Shown here piece after piece: positions 1 through 10,789 of a stretch of DNA of 64,000 bases. The stretch is from the IMG/VR virus record IMGVR_UViG_3300020205_002210, positions 57,250-121,249 of that record. One strand, written 5' to 3'. Origin of the DNA: a virus. The position numbers and the translations under genes were made by a program. Within the stretch, counting starts at the first letter, position 1; each line of letters starts with the position of its first letter. The notes beneath the pieces were generated by a model. The model was not told the DNA's origin. It saw only the letters and a program-made list of their open reading frames with translations, and did no database searches.

Positions 1-60
1 CCTTACATGCAGAAATTGGTGACAAATATGGTGCACCACTAGAAATGTTTATTAATTAAT

Positions 61-942
61 ATGGCAACCAATGTATACTTTAACAACTACAATTCGTATT
101 CTGAACAACGAGTAGTTGAAGATTTGATCGTAGAATCCATTAAGATAATGGGTTTTGACGCATACTATCTTCCGATTGAGAATGAGGAAGATAGGGACAT
201 TCTTTATGGTGAAGACCCAATTAAGAAATTTAGTTCTGCGTTCCCTATCGAATTCTATCTTTCCAATTCATTAGAGTATACAGGCGAAAGAGAATTCTTC
301 TCAAAATTTGGGCTTGAGATTAAAAACAATGTCAACATCATATTGTCTAAGAGGTCATTCTCTCAAAGAGTACCACAAGATAAATTGTCTCGACCTAGAG
401 AAGGTGATTTAATTTATGTGCCGTTCTTAAATGGTACAGGTGAATTGTTCGAGATTAAATTTACAAATCAAACCAAAGATTTCTTTATGTTAGGCCGTAA
501 GATTCCATATTTCTATGAATTGGAACTAGAGAAGTTTAAATACTCACAAGAAGTTATTGATACTGGTGTTGAAGACATTGATGATGTAATGATACAATCA
601 AGTTACACAATAGAATTGAACACAGGCGCAGGCACAGGAACATTTGAAGCAAGAGAGATTGTATTTCAATCGACTGACGGAACTCAGCCTAACTCAAGTG
701 TTGTTGCTATTGTTCAAGAATGGAACACAGTAAATAATGTACTGAAAGTAACAAATGTTGCTGGTGAGTTTATGGACAATGTGGTGATTATTGGTGCAAC
801 AAGTAATGCAAGACACTATTTGTCATCATATGATCCACTCAAAGACAGTACCAGAAACGAAACTTATGATAACCTTTATTTGTTCAATGAAGCAAATAAC
901 ATTATAGATTTCACAGAAGATAATCCGTTTGGAAAAATATAA
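61..942 (+). CDS. gp14: Neck protein (T4 gp14-like)
   Basis: N-term MATNVYFN...EQRVVEDLIVESIKIMG.DAYYLP pattern of gp14; directly upstream of gp15. Confidence 0.9.
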   Translation: MATNVYFNNYNSYSEQRVVEDLIVESIKIMGFDAYYLPIENEEDRDILYGEDPIKKFSSAFPIEFYLSNSLEYTGEREFFSKFGLEIKNNVNIILSKRSFSQRVPQDKLSRPREGDLIYVPFLNGTGELFEIKFTNQTKDFFMLGRKIPYFYELELEKFKYSQEVIDTGVEDIDDVMIQSSYTIELNTGAGTGTFEAREIVFQSTDGTQPNSSVVAIVQEWNTVNNVLKVTNVAGEFMDNVVIIGATSNARHYLSSYDPLKDSTRNETYDNLYLFNEANNIIDFTEDNPFGKI

Positions 943-1958
943 TGTCATCATATAACCGCGTCATAAGAAAATTGGTTGTTGGATTTGGCAACCTATTTGA
1001 TAACATCACATTGTATAGATTCGACACAGACAATGAGGAAACTGAAAGATTTATTGTACCGATTGCATATGCATCCAAAGAACGATATGTTATGCGTTTG
1101 GAAGATGATGCAAACTTAGATAAGAAAGTACAGATAACTCTACCAAGAATGTCTTTTGAAATGGCAGGGTTATCTTATGATTCTTCTAGAAAACAAAATA
1201 CAAACATAAAGAATTTTACCGGAACAGTGCCTGCTGCAATTATATCACAATATAATCCTGTGCCATACAATTTTGATTTTAATTTGTACATATATGTCAG
1301 AAACATTGAAGATGGTACACAGATCATCGAACACATTTTACCATACTTTACACCAGACTACACAGTAAAATTAAATTTGATTCCAGAAATGGGCATAGTT
1401 AAAGAAGTTCCTGTTATTCTGAATAGCACATCACACGAAATACTTTATGAAGGTGCTAGAGAAAATGATACCAGAATGATTGTCTGGACATTAAACTTTA
1501 CAGTCAAAGGTTTCATATTTGGTAAAATGTCTGAGACTGGTGTTATTAACAGAGCATTTGTTTCTGTTTACAATCAGGTATCAAGAGATGAAACAATCGA
1601 GTTCTATATGAACTTGGACTCTGGTTATGGAACATACAAGGTTGGTGAAAAGGTATATCAAGGATACACCGCAGAAGATGCATCAGCCACTGGCATCGTT
1701 GTTCAATTTACAGAAAACATATTACGACTAAAAGACTTAACAGGAGACTTTGTGTCAGACAAACCCATATATGGTATAAATACCTCAGCAAACTATAAAT
1801 TCACTTCTTATAACTTGAACCCACTGAAGTTTGTTGAAGTTGACGCAGTTGGCAGAGTCACTACAGATATTGATAACTTGTCAGTTGATAAGGAAGAGGC
1901 TAAGGCTGACAACACATTGAATACTGTTTTGACAATTAACAAAGCCGCAAACCAATAA
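942..1958 (+). CDS. gp15: Tail sheath stabiliser/terminator (T4 gp15-like) with C-terminal extra domain
   Basis: IRKLVVGFGNLFDNI, VPIAYASKE, LPRMSFE, QIIEHILPYFTP motifs. Confidence 0.9.
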   Translation: MSSYNRVIRKLVVGFGNLFDNITLYRFDTDNEETERFIVPIAYASKERYVMRLEDDANLDKKVQITLPRMSFEMAGLSYDSSRKQNTNIKNFTGTVPAAIISQYNPVPYNFDFNLYIYVRNIEDGTQIIEHILPYFTPDYTVKLNLIPEMGIVKEVPVILNSTSHEILYEGARENDTRMIVWTLNFTVKGFIFGKMSETGVINRAFVSVYNQVSRDETIEFYMNLDSGYGTYKVGEKVYQGYTAEDASATGIVVQFTENILRLKDLTGDFVSDKPIYGINTSANYKFTSYNLNPLKFVEVDAVGRVTTDIDNLSVDKEEAKADNTLNTVLTINKAANQ

Positions 1959-1973
1959 ACAAGAGAGAACTAA

Positions 1974-3785
1974 ATGGCTAAACAAATTATTAATATTGGT
2001 ATTAGAGCAAATGATGGTAAAGGTGATTCATTAAGAACCGCCTTTATAAAAACAAACTCTAACATTGGTGAGTTGTTTGCAAATGTCGCTAGTAACGCAA
2101 ACACATCAAACATTTATTTTGACACCAATTTAACATTAGCACAAGGTGCTTTTGACAGAGCGAACTCAGTATTCTTGGGTGATATTAATTTCCAAGATAA
2201 TTTGATGTACAGTAATTCAATTGTTGAAATTGGTAACGATCAACACCAACATAAAGCTTGGGGTTTATTGTACGGTCAAATAACAGAACAAGCCAATAAC
2301 ACATATGGCAATGGTGTTGCATACGATTCAGCAAATAATATATTAGTTGCAACAACAACACAAAATGAAGTTAATGGATTACCACAATCGACAGTTATTA
2401 AATACGATCCATTTGGCAACATATACTGGAGAAAATCAGTACCTACAATGAATGTTAATAATGTATTGTTGGCCAGTTACGGTGAAGCGGTAACAGTTGA
2501 TGCAAACAATAATGTGTATCTGCTAACAAACATACCAGAAAACTTCTCAACCTTAGTTACAAAATTCAATTATACTGGACAAAATGTTTACAGCACATTG
2601 GTTTCAGATGCAGAAGGTTCGACAGATATTACCGTTGATGATGAAGAGTTTCCATATTTTGTAGGTCAACACAATCTGTTAACAGGTTTAGATATTACTG
2701 GTGAATTATATTTCACAAGTTTTAGCGCACAGTCAATGAATGCTCATGTGGTAGTAGCACTGCCAAACAATCGTGGTGTGTTGGTTGGTTCTGATGGTGG
2801 CAAAATACATAAATTCGATACTGAAGGTGTTTATATTTTTTCAAACAACGTAAACACCGATGGTAGAAAAATTATTGGTTTAGCGTATGACAATTCAAAC
2901 AATTTTTATGCAGCATCAAACACAGTAATTTATAAATTTAGAGCCAACAATCAATTAATTTGGGAAAGACAAATTACTGGTGTGAGTTCACCAAACATAA
3001 ATTTTATTAAATACGACAACAACTTCCTATATGTCAATGGCGTAACAACCGATCCAAACAACCAGCGCGCATTTATAAATTACAAAATTGATGCAAACGG
3101 TTCTTTAATTTGGGCAAATGCACTTGAGGTACCTAGTGCCAATCAAACCATCAGACTTGGACATAGACAGTTGGATGTTCGCGGAGACTTTTTAGTTGGA
3201 ATTGGATATGCAAGACCCAACAACAGCACTAAAGATATAAGTGTAACATATCAACTACCAACTAGTGGTGCTTTAGCTGGAACATATTTTGGTGCATCCG
3301 GAAGTCGATGGAACGGTTTCACATATGTTACTGTACCAGAAGCAAACACAACAATAAGTACCACAGTTGGTACTGGCAATACAACAGTAACGATTGCAGA
3401 AAATACTGATTATGCATATACGATGAATCTTGTTAGATATGGCAATCCAAGTCCAGAAAATGAAGAAGACCTTTATAATTTTAGTCAGAAATGGGACTTC
3501 AATGGATTAGGAACAATAGTATTTCCATCTTCGGGTCAGACTACTGGTATGGACTTGAATGGTAAAACAATTGCAAATGTTGGAGTCATTAATTTTGCTG
3601 ATGGTACCAGTTCAAATACTTTTGGTAACATTGCAGCAAGTCCTCCAGCAACAGCTAGAGGTGTGACAGGAGATAGAAGGGGTAACATAAGAGCGAACAG
3701 CACATACTTATATTACTGTTCAAATAATTATGATGGTACAGCTAATGTTTGGAAGAGAATTGCTTGGAGCAATGACACTTGGTAA
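1974..3785 (+). CDS. Putative tail/baseplate-associated fibre protein with beta-propeller-like middle region
   Basis: N-term ANDGKGDSLRTAFIKTN motif typical of T4-like gp9/gp10-type attachment segments; repeated (Y/F)D..GN..W beta-strand units; Asn/Thr/Gly-rich. Confidence 0.55.
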   Translation: MAKQIINIGIRANDGKGDSLRTAFIKTNSNIGELFANVASNANTSNIYFDTNLTLAQGAFDRANSVFLGDINFQDNLMYSNSIVEIGNDQHQHKAWGLLYGQITEQANNTYGNGVAYDSANNILVATTTQNEVNGLPQSTVIKYDPFGNIYWRKSVPTMNVNNVLLASYGEAVTVDANNNVYLLTNIPENFSTLVTKFNYTGQNVYSTLVSDAEGSTDITVDDEEFPYFVGQHNLLTGLDITGELYFTSFSAQSMNAHVVVALPNNRGVLVGSDGGKIHKFDTEGVYIFSNNVNTDGRKIIGLAYDNSNNFYAASNTVIYKFRANNQLIWERQITGVSSPNINFIKYDNNFLYVNGVTTDPNNQRAFINYKIDANGSLIWANALEVPSANQTIRLGHRQLDVRGDFLVGIGYARPNNSTKDISVTYQLPTSGALAGTYFGASGSRWNGFTYVTVPEANTTISTTVGTGNTTVTIAENTDYAYTMNLVRYGNPSPENEEDLYNFSQKWDFNGLGTIVFPSSGQTTGMDLNGKTIANVGVINFADGTSSNTFGNIAASPPATARGVTGDRRGNIRANSTYLYYCSNNYDGTANVWKRIAWSNDTW

Positions 3786-3787
3786 AA

Positions 3788-4213
3788 ATGGAAAATAAAA
3801 TGAATAATTTTGATAAAAATATGGAAAACATTTTTGATGTGGTGTCTGTAAAAGAGACTGAAAAATCTTTGGATGTTAAATTAAAAACCACGGATGAACC
3901 TGATCTGAAGGCTGATCTTGCAGATGCTTATAGGCAATCTAAAGACAATTTGCAAGATATGATAGACCAAGGCAAAGAAGCCATGGAAGATATATTACAG
4001 ATTGCAAGGGCAGGACAACACCCAAGAGCTTTTGAGGTGTATGGTACATTGTTAAAAAATACAGTTGAAGCCAATGATCGCTTATTGAAAATGCAAAAAG
4101 AAATGCGAGACATGGATGGCAAAAGAGGTGACGGCAATACCAAAATAGATAAAGCTATTTTTGTTGGTTCTACCGCAGAGTTGAATAAACTCTTAAAAGG
4201 TAAACAAGAATGA
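3788..4213 (+). CDS. gp16: Terminase small subunit (start uncertain, 3779-3800)
   Basis: HPRAFEV and IFVGSTAELNKLL motifs; adjacent to gp17. Confidence 0.9.
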   Translation: MENKMNNFDKNMENIFDVVSVKETEKSLDVKLKTTDEPDLKADLADAYRQSKDNLQDMIDQGKEAMEDILQIARAGQHPRAFEVYGTLLKNTVEANDRLLKMQKEMRDMDGKRGDGNTKIDKAIFVGSTAELNKLLKGKQE

Positions 4214-5901
4214 ATCCCGATTTAAAATTCGGTGAGGCGTATAGAGATAATCCGTTACTTAAAAAAGCAGGCGTTCAGGTAGAATACACACAAGAACAAA
4301 TTGATGAATACATTAAGTGTTCTAAAGACCCCATATATTTTGCAAAAAAATATGTAAAGATTGTCAACGTTGATGAAGGTCTTATTAATTTTAGTATGTG
4401 GCCGTTTCAAGAGGAGATGTTGCATTTATTTGCAAACAACAGGTTTGTTATAACCAAATGTCCTCGCCAAGTTGGTAAGACAACCACCACGATTGCTTAT
4501 ATGTTGTGGGCAACCATATTCACTGATACACAGAACTGTGCAGTCCTGGCCAATAAAGGTTCTTTAGCCAGAGACATTCTTTCTAAGTACCAGTTAGCAT
4601 ATGAGAACCTACCAATGTGGTTGCAACAAGGTGTGGTTACTTGGAATAAAGGTAATGTTGAACTAGAAAATGGATCAAAGATCATTGCTGCATCAACATC
4701 AAGTTCTGCTATCCGAGGAGGTTCTTTCAACATCGTATTCTTGGATGAATTTGCATTCGTTCCAAACAATATCGCAGAAGAATTCTTTAACTCTGTATAT
4801 CCTGTAATATCATCCGGAAAAAAGACAAAAATTATAATTGTTTCTACACCAAATGGTATGAATCTATTCTACAAATTGTGGATGGATTCAATCAACAAGA
4901 AAAACAATTATATAAATTTCGAAATTCATTGGTCAATGGTACCTGGTCGTGATGAAAGGTGGAAAGAAGAAACTATTCGAAACACATCTGAACGACAATT
5001 CAAACAAGAGTTTGAGACAGAGTTCTTAGGATCCAGTAACACACTAATTTCTGGTTACAAATTGCAACAGTTGGTATTTAATGATCCAATTGCAAATCAC
5101 GATCTATTAAAAATATATGAACATCCAATAAAAGAAGGTATAGATGAATCAAAAACAGATCACCTATATTGCATGTGTGTGGATGTTTCTGAAGGTAAGA
5201 ACTTAGACAGTTCAGCTTTCTCTGTAATTGATATATCACAAACACCATATAAACAAGTTGCAACATATAAGAGTTCATCGATTACGCCGATGCTTTTCCC
5301 AACTGTCATATATAATACAGCAAGATATTATAATGATGCATATGTTTTGGTTGAGATTAACAACAACCCACAAGTAGCAGACTCGTTGCATGTGGATTTT
5401 GAATATGAAAACTTGTGGAAAATATTTACAGGCAACAAGAAACCACAACAATTGTCAGCAGGCTTTGCCCGTGGCATTCAAATGGGTTTAAAAATGTCAC
5501 CTCAAGTTAAAGCGATTGGGTGTTCAAACCTAAAAACTTTGATTGAAGGTGACAAATTAGTAATTAATGATTTTGATACATACTCCGAACTGACAACTTT
5601 TGTACACCAAAAGAACTCGTTTAGTGCGGAAGATGGTGCAAACGATGACATGGTTATGTCTCTGGTGATTTTTTCGTGGCTTTCGACACAACAATACTTT
5701 AAAGAGATTGTTAACCACGACATTAGAAAACAGATTCAGTTAGAAAATATGAATCAAATAGATGATGATGTTCTACCCGCTCCTATTATTGAAGATGGTT
5801 TAGAACATGATTTCCAAATTATAGATGGTGATTTGTGGGAAGTAGCGGACGGCAATGAAATTTATTCAAAATTCATACGAAATAGGCTGGAAAGGTTATA
5901 A
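4210..5901 (+). CDS. gp17: Terminase large subunit
   Basis: PRQVGKTT Walker A, FLDEFAF Walker B, VDVSEG and DDMVM RNase H nuclease motifs. Confidence 0.97.
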   Translation: MNPDLKFGEAYRDNPLLKKAGVQVEYTQEQIDEYIKCSKDPIYFAKKYVKIVNVDEGLINFSMWPFQEEMLHLFANNRFVITKCPRQVGKTTTTIAYMLWATIFTDTQNCAVLANKGSLARDILSKYQLAYENLPMWLQQGVVTWNKGNVELENGSKIIAASTSSSAIRGGSFNIVFLDEFAFVPNNIAEEFFNSVYPVISSGKKTKIIIVSTPNGMNLFYKLWMDSINKKNNYINFEIHWSMVPGRDERWKEETIRNTSERQFKQEFETEFLGSSNTLISGYKLQQLVFNDPIANHDLLKIYEHPIKEGIDESKTDHLYCMCVDVSEGKNLDSSAFSVIDISQTPYKQVATYKSSSITPMLFPTVIYNTARYYNDAYVLVEINNNPQVADSLHVDFEYENLWKIFTGNKKPQQLSAGFARGIQMGLKMSPQVKAIGCSNLKTLIEGDKLVINDFDTYSELTTFVHQKNSFSAEDGANDDMVMSLVIFSWLSTQQYFKEIVNHDIRKQIQLENMNQIDDDVLPAPIIEDGLEHDFQIIDGDLWEVADGNEIYSKFIRNRLERL

Positions 5902-5967
5902 ATCCGGCCTTTCATAAATACACTTATGGTATTTTGCCAAGAGAACAAATAATTCAAGGAGAATAAA

Positions 5968-7659
5968 ATGGCATTTCAAATCTCTCCAGGCGTAAATGTA
6001 TCTGAAGTTGATGCAACGACTGTTGTACCTTCAGTGCAACAAACTGCTGGTGCATTTGCTGGAACATTTCAATGGGGTCCAGCGGATAAAGTAAGACAAA
6101 TAGATAGTGAATTAACTCTCGTTAGTACATTCGGTAAACCAGATGCAGCTTCTGCAACAGATTTTTTTACTGCTGCAAACTTTCTATCATATGGTAATAA
6201 TCTGAACATCGTTAGATCGGTCGGAAATCTTGCAAACAATGCAACCGATGGCAGCGGTGGTACGATTCAAATTAAGAATGAAGATGTTTACGAAACTACA
6301 TATCTACTCACCAACAATAGCAATAGCTATGGTCCATTTGTGGGAAGATATCCAGGACTCTTGGGTAATTCTTTAACTGTTCATGTTTGTGCAAATACAA
6401 GCACATTTAGTTCATGGAGTTACAGAAGTTATTTTACATCAGCACCAGGTACATCAGAATTTGCCAGTTCAGTAGGCGGCAGCAATGACGAAATGCACAT
6501 TGTTGTGGTTGATGCAGATGGTCTATTTACTGGATCAGCAGGTGCGATACTTGAAACTTACGGTTTTGTTTCGGCTGCTTCTGATGCAACAATTAATGGC
6601 GTAACAAACTACTACAAACAAGTCATACTTAACAACTCCAAGTATGTGTACGCAATGAGTCCAATTGATTATGGTACAACAAATGCAACTTGGGACCGGG
6701 CTGCGGCCGGCAGAAGTTTTGCAAGACCAGCCACAAACATTGCAACCAATTTGTCTACAGGTACTAGTGTTGCACCAACAGATGGCAATATTCAAGTTTC
6801 ATATGACTTCTTCACAAACAAAGAATCTATTGATATCTCACTTGTATTAACTAGTGGGCACAGTGTTACAGTTCAACAATATGTAATTGATAATATTGCA
6901 GTTGGTCGTGCCGATTGCGTTGCTTTCATTTCTCCAAGATATTCTGATGTTGTCAACCAGTCTGGTTCAGAAACAACAAATATTGCTGGTTGGTTAGCTG
7001 CATTGGCAAGAAGTTCATCTTATGTTATGGCAGACTCTGGTTGGAAATACCAATTCGACAAGTACCACAATACATATCGTTGGATTCCATTGAATGGTGA
7101 CATTGCTGGCTTATGTGTATACACAGACAGCGTTAGAGATCCATGGTTCTCTCCAGCAGGTTTCAACCGTGGTGCAATTAAGAATGCCGTTAAGTTGGCT
7201 TGGAATCCAAGTAAATCTTTCCGTGATACAATGTATGCTGCAGGTGTTAATCCAGTAGTGTCCTTCCCAGGTCAGGGTACTGTATTGTTTGGCGACAAGA
7301 CTCTGTTAGCTAAACCATCAGCATTCGACCGTATCAATGTTCGCAGATTGTTCATTACATTAGAAAAATCAATTGCACAAGCTGCAAAGTTTTCAATGTT
7401 TGAATTAAATGACGAATTCACAAGAGCACAATTCATTGCCTTAGTAGCACCATTCTTACGCGATGTTCAAGGTCGCCGTGGTATTACAGACTTTAGAGTT
7501 GTTTGCGATTCCACAAATAACACACAACAAGTTGTTGATAGCAACCAGTTTGTCGGCGATATCTACATTAAGCCTGCGCGGTCAGTTAACTACATTCAGT
7601 TGAACTTTGTTGCTGTGGGTACTGGAGTTGACTTCGTGACCATCGTTGGTGCAGCTTAA
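5968..7659 (+). CDS. gp18: Tail sheath protein
   Basis: SPGVNVSE, FQWGP, PWFSPAG, FDRINVRRLF motifs. Confidence 0.97.
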   Translation: MAFQISPGVNVSEVDATTVVPSVQQTAGAFAGTFQWGPADKVRQIDSELTLVSTFGKPDAASATDFFTAANFLSYGNNLNIVRSVGNLANNATDGSGGTIQIKNEDVYETTYLLTNNSNSYGPFVGRYPGLLGNSLTVHVCANTSTFSSWSYRSYFTSAPGTSEFASSVGGSNDEMHIVVVDADGLFTGSAGAILETYGFVSAASDATINGVTNYYKQVILNNSKYVYAMSPIDYGTTNATWDRAAAGRSFARPATNIATNLSTGTSVAPTDGNIQVSYDFFTNKESIDISLVLTSGHSVTVQQYVIDNIAVGRADCVAFISPRYSDVVNQSGSETTNIAGWLAALARSSSYVMADSGWKYQFDKYHNTYRWIPLNGDIAGLCVYTDSVRDPWFSPAGFNRGAIKNAVKLAWNPSKSFRDTMYAAGVNPVVSFPGQGTVLFGDKTLLAKPSAFDRINVRRLFITLEKSIAQAAKFSMFELNDEFTRAQFIALVAPFLRDVQGRRGITDFRVVCDSTNNTQQVVDSNQFVGDIYIKPARSVNYIQLNFVAVGTGVDFVTIVGAA

Positions 7660-7686
7660 TAAATAAAACGATAACAGGAGAAAATA

Positions 7687-8229
7687 ATGGCATTTAATGT
7701 AGCAGAATTTAGAGCAAATATGATTGGTGACGGTGCTCGTCCTAATCTATTCTCTGTCTCTTTAATATTCCCATCACTCGTTCAAAACGCTACAGCTGCT
7801 GGCCAGAAGATAACATTCATGGCTAAGACAGCTCAACTACCAGGTTCCACAATCGGCACTGTACCAATTTACTACTTCGGTCGTGAAATGAAATTTGCTG
7901 GCAACAGAACCTTTGCAGATTGGACATTAACAATTATTAATGATGAAGATTTTACCATCAGAAATTCTTTAGAGAATTGGATGAATTCAATCAACAGTCA
8001 TTCCGGTAATGTTAGAGCACCAGGTGCAAGTAATGCAAACGGTTATGCCGTTGATGCTAATGTAATTCAATACGGAAAAACTGGCAATGAACTGAAGAAG
8101 TATAAATTTGTTGGTGTGTTTCCACTCGATTTGTCACCTATTGACCTCGATTGGGGTTCAAATGACACAATTGAAGAATATACTGCCTCATTTGCTTACC
8201 AGTTCTGGGAAACAAATACAACGACTTGA
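7687..8229 (+). CDS. gp19: Tail tube protein
   Basis: GARPNLF, GREMKFAGNRTFADWTLTIINDEDF. Confidence 0.96.
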   Translation: MAFNVAEFRANMIGDGARPNLFSVSLIFPSLVQNATAAGQKITFMAKTAQLPGSTIGTVPIYYFGREMKFAGNRTFADWTLTIINDEDFTIRNSLENWMNSINSHSGNVRAPGASNANGYAVDANVIQYGKTGNELKKYKFVGVFPLDLSPIDLDWGSNDTIEEYTASFAYQFWETNTTT

Positions 8230-8236
8230 TATGTAC

Positions 8237-8266
8237 GGAGGGCCTAGTGCCCTCCATGTTTTTTTT
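8237..8266 (+). terminator. Rho-independent terminator after gp19
   Basis: GGAGGGC-CTAGT-GCCCTCC followed by T-rich tract. Confidence 0.75.
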
Positions 8267-8288
8267 GATTTTATAATTACACACAAAT

Positions 8289-10028
8289 ATGGCAAACACA
8301 AATAAATTTTCGCTTTTCGGTTTCACAATCTCTCGTCAAAAAGACTTAGAGGATGCGGCCGCGCAACAATCTTTTGCACCTCCGACTTCGGATGATGGTG
8401 CATTAACTATTACATCTGCCGCACATTATGGTACATATGTTGATTTAGACGGTACTGCCAAGAATGAAGTAGAACTCATTTCGCGTTATCGTGAAATGGC
8501 TATGCAACCAGAAATCGAATCGGCGATAGATGACATAGTTAATGAAGCTATTGTACAAGACGATGATGGCAAAATTACTCAGATCATTTTGGATGATTTA
8601 AAACAGAATGAAAAGATCAAGAAAGCTATTAAAGAAGAATTTAATATCATTCTTAGATTATTAAATTATCAAAATTTAGCACAAGATATTTTTCGCCGTT
8701 ACTATGTTGACGGCAGAATGTATTTTCATATTATTATTGACCGTGAACAACCACAAGATGGTATTAAAGAACTGCGTTATATAGATCCACGCAGATTGAG
8801 AAAAGTACGGGAAATTAAAAAACAAAAAGACGAACGAACCGGCGCAGAGATTATGCAGCCAGTTAATGAGTACTACATCTATAATGACAAGGTTGTGTCT
8901 GGAAGTGCATCCAACTTTGGTCCAGTTGGTGTTCGCATTACCACAGACTCCATCATCTCCGTAACCTCAGGCCTCATGGATTCGCGTAGAGCAGTGGTGT
9001 TATCTTATCTACACAAAGCAATCAAGCCACTCAATCAGTTACGCATGATTGAAGATGCAACAGTTATCTATCGTATATCAAGAGCACCAGAACGCAGAAT
9101 CTTTTACATTGACGTAGGCAATCTACCAAAATTAAAAGCGGAACAATACCTACGCGACATTATGATTAAATACAAGAACAAACTTGTATATGACGCAAAC
9201 ACAGGTGAAGTGCGAGATGACCGCAAGTTTATGTCCATGATGGAAGACTTTTGGTTACCAAGGCGTGAAGGTGGCAAAGGTACAGAGATTACAACATTGC
9301 CTGGTGGACAAAATCTAGGAGAACTGGAAGATGTTAAATACTTTCAGAAGAAATTGTATGGTGCATTATGTGTACCAATCTCCAGACTAGAACCGAACCA
9401 AGGGTTCTCTCTTGGTCGTACATCAGAAATTACCAGAGATGAATTAAAGTTCTCTAAGTTTGTTGACAGACTAAGAAGTAAATTCTCAGAAGTTTTTAAT
9501 CAAGCTCTCCGTGTGCAGTGTGTGTTAAAAGGCATTTGCACCGATGAAGAGTGGGAAACATTTAAAGAAGATATTCACTACGATTATATTAAAGACAACA
9601 ACTTCTCTGAGATGAAAGAAGCTGAACTAATGTCACAAAGATTGACATTGTTGTCTTCAGTTGATCCATACACTGGTAGATATTTCTCACAGAGATGGAT
9701 TCAACAGAATGTATTGAGATTGTCCGATGATGAGATACTCGAAATGGACGAACAAATCAATAAAGAAAAAGAAGAAGGCCTTGGATTACCAGTTTCTGTT
9801 ACAAATGATGTTGCACAACAACAAATGTTAGGACAGGTACAAACAGACCAAATGGTACAACAGAGTAAATTAATGCCACAAGATGGTGGTGCACCTGCAC
9901 CAAGTTCTTCTGGTGGTTCTTCAAGTAGTTCATCTAAACCAAAACCAAAAAGTACTGGTGATTCAAAGTCAACAAAAGGTGATTTGAGTTTGGAAAGTAC
10001 TTTCACTAAGCTAAAACGCATTTTATAA
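8289..10028 (+). CDS. gp20: Portal vertex protein
   Basis: YRISRAPERRIFYIDVGNLPK, EDFWLPRREGGKGTEITTLPGG. Confidence 0.97.
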   Translation: MANTNKFSLFGFTISRQKDLEDAAAQQSFAPPTSDDGALTITSAAHYGTYVDLDGTAKNEVELISRYREMAMQPEIESAIDDIVNEAIVQDDDGKITQIILDDLKQNEKIKKAIKEEFNIILRLLNYQNLAQDIFRRYYVDGRMYFHIIIDREQPQDGIKELRYIDPRRLRKVREIKKQKDERTGAEIMQPVNEYYIYNDKVVSGSASNFGPVGVRITTDSIISVTSGLMDSRRAVVLSYLHKAIKPLNQLRMIEDATVIYRISRAPERRIFYIDVGNLPKLKAEQYLRDIMIKYKNKLVYDANTGEVRDDRKFMSMMEDFWLPRREGGKGTEITTLPGGQNLGELEDVKYFQKKLYGALCVPISRLEPNQGFSLGRTSEITRDELKFSKFVDRLRSKFSEVFNQALRVQCVLKGICTDEEWETFKEDIHYDYIKDNNFSEMKEAELMSQRLTLLSSVDPYTGRYFSQRWIQQNVLRLSDDEILEMDEQINKEKEEGLGLPVSVTNDVAQQQMLGQVQTDQMVQQSKLMPQDGGAPAPSSSGGSSSSSSKPKPKSTGDSKSTKGDLSLESTFTKLKRIL

Positions 10029-10041
10029 TTAGGAGATAAAA

Positions 10042-10218
10042 ATGGAAACAACAAGATCAATTGTCGATTACGCAGAAACTGATGACGCATCCGGACTACG
10101 CGATGCATTGTATGCTGCAATTTCGGATAGAGTTATGTCTCACATTGAGAACCACAAAGTTGAAGTTGCAAAAAGCTTAATGAATGTTCCTCAAGAAGCT
10201 TCCACAGAAGCCGAATAA
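10042..10218 (+). CDS. Small acidic prohead core protein (gp67-like), 58 aa, absent from the ORF track
   Basis: AGGAG RBS; METTRSIVDYAETDDASGLRDALYAAISDRVMSHIENHKVEVAKSLM...; gp67 position after portal. Confidence 0.6.
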   Translation: METTRSIVDYAETDDASGLRDALYAAISDRVMSHIENHKVEVAKSLMNVPQEASTEAE

Positions 10219-10224
10219 TTTTGG

Positions 10225-10232
10225 TATAAATA
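10225..10232 (+). promoter_or_regulatory. T4-type late promoter
   Basis: Exact TATAAATA upstream of the 10260 ORF. Confidence 0.75.
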
Positions 10233-10259
10233 TTATCCAAACAATAACAGGGATTAAAA

Positions 10260-10781
10260 ATGGCAAACGCATTTACATATCAAGTCATTAAAGACACAAC
10301 AGAACATACCGTTATTAAATTAACAGGTAAATTCGATGGTACTGGTCAAGAAGACAATAACAGAAGAATTACAGCAAACACATTGAGTGGTGCAATGGAC
10401 ACATCGAAAGCTAATTTGCTTTCATCGGCCGCAAACACCGGTTCTCTATCGTTTTATGGTTTATCTGTGAATCGTTTATGGTACTCAGGTCCTAATAATG
10501 CAGATGTTAATTTATTTTGGCACGCTGATACTACCGCATCAATATTCTTACTGAATAGTAACTGTGAATTTGATGGTCAAAGTAATTGGGTAACAATACC
10601 AAACAACACAAAAGGAACAGCAGGTTCCAAAGGTGATATAGGTATTCAAACTAGAGGCATGGTTGCGAACAATTCATATACATTAATATTAGAACTGCGA
10701 AAAGATAATGAACATTATCAACGCGGTCATTTGACAGATCCTGCTGCATTTAATTATGGTTCTTACTCCCTTCGACCATGA
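10260..10781 (+). CDS. Hypothetical (probable virion/head-associated) protein
   Basis: 173 aa ORF between core protein and gp21, behind a late promoter. Confidence 0.6.
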   Translation: MANAFTYQVIKDTTEHTVIKLTGKFDGTGQEDNNRRITANTLSGAMDTSKANLLSSAANTGSLSFYGLSVNRLWYSGPNNADVNLFWHADTTASIFLLNSNCEFDGQSNWVTIPNNTKGTAGSKGDIGIQTRGMVANNSYTLILELRKDNEHYQRGHLTDPAAFNYGSYSLRP

Positions 10782-10789
10782 GGATCAAA

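Noticed and set aside
9880-10028. Ser/Gly/Pro-rich tail of the portal protein
   Set aside because: Low-complexity disordered C-termini are common on T4-like portals
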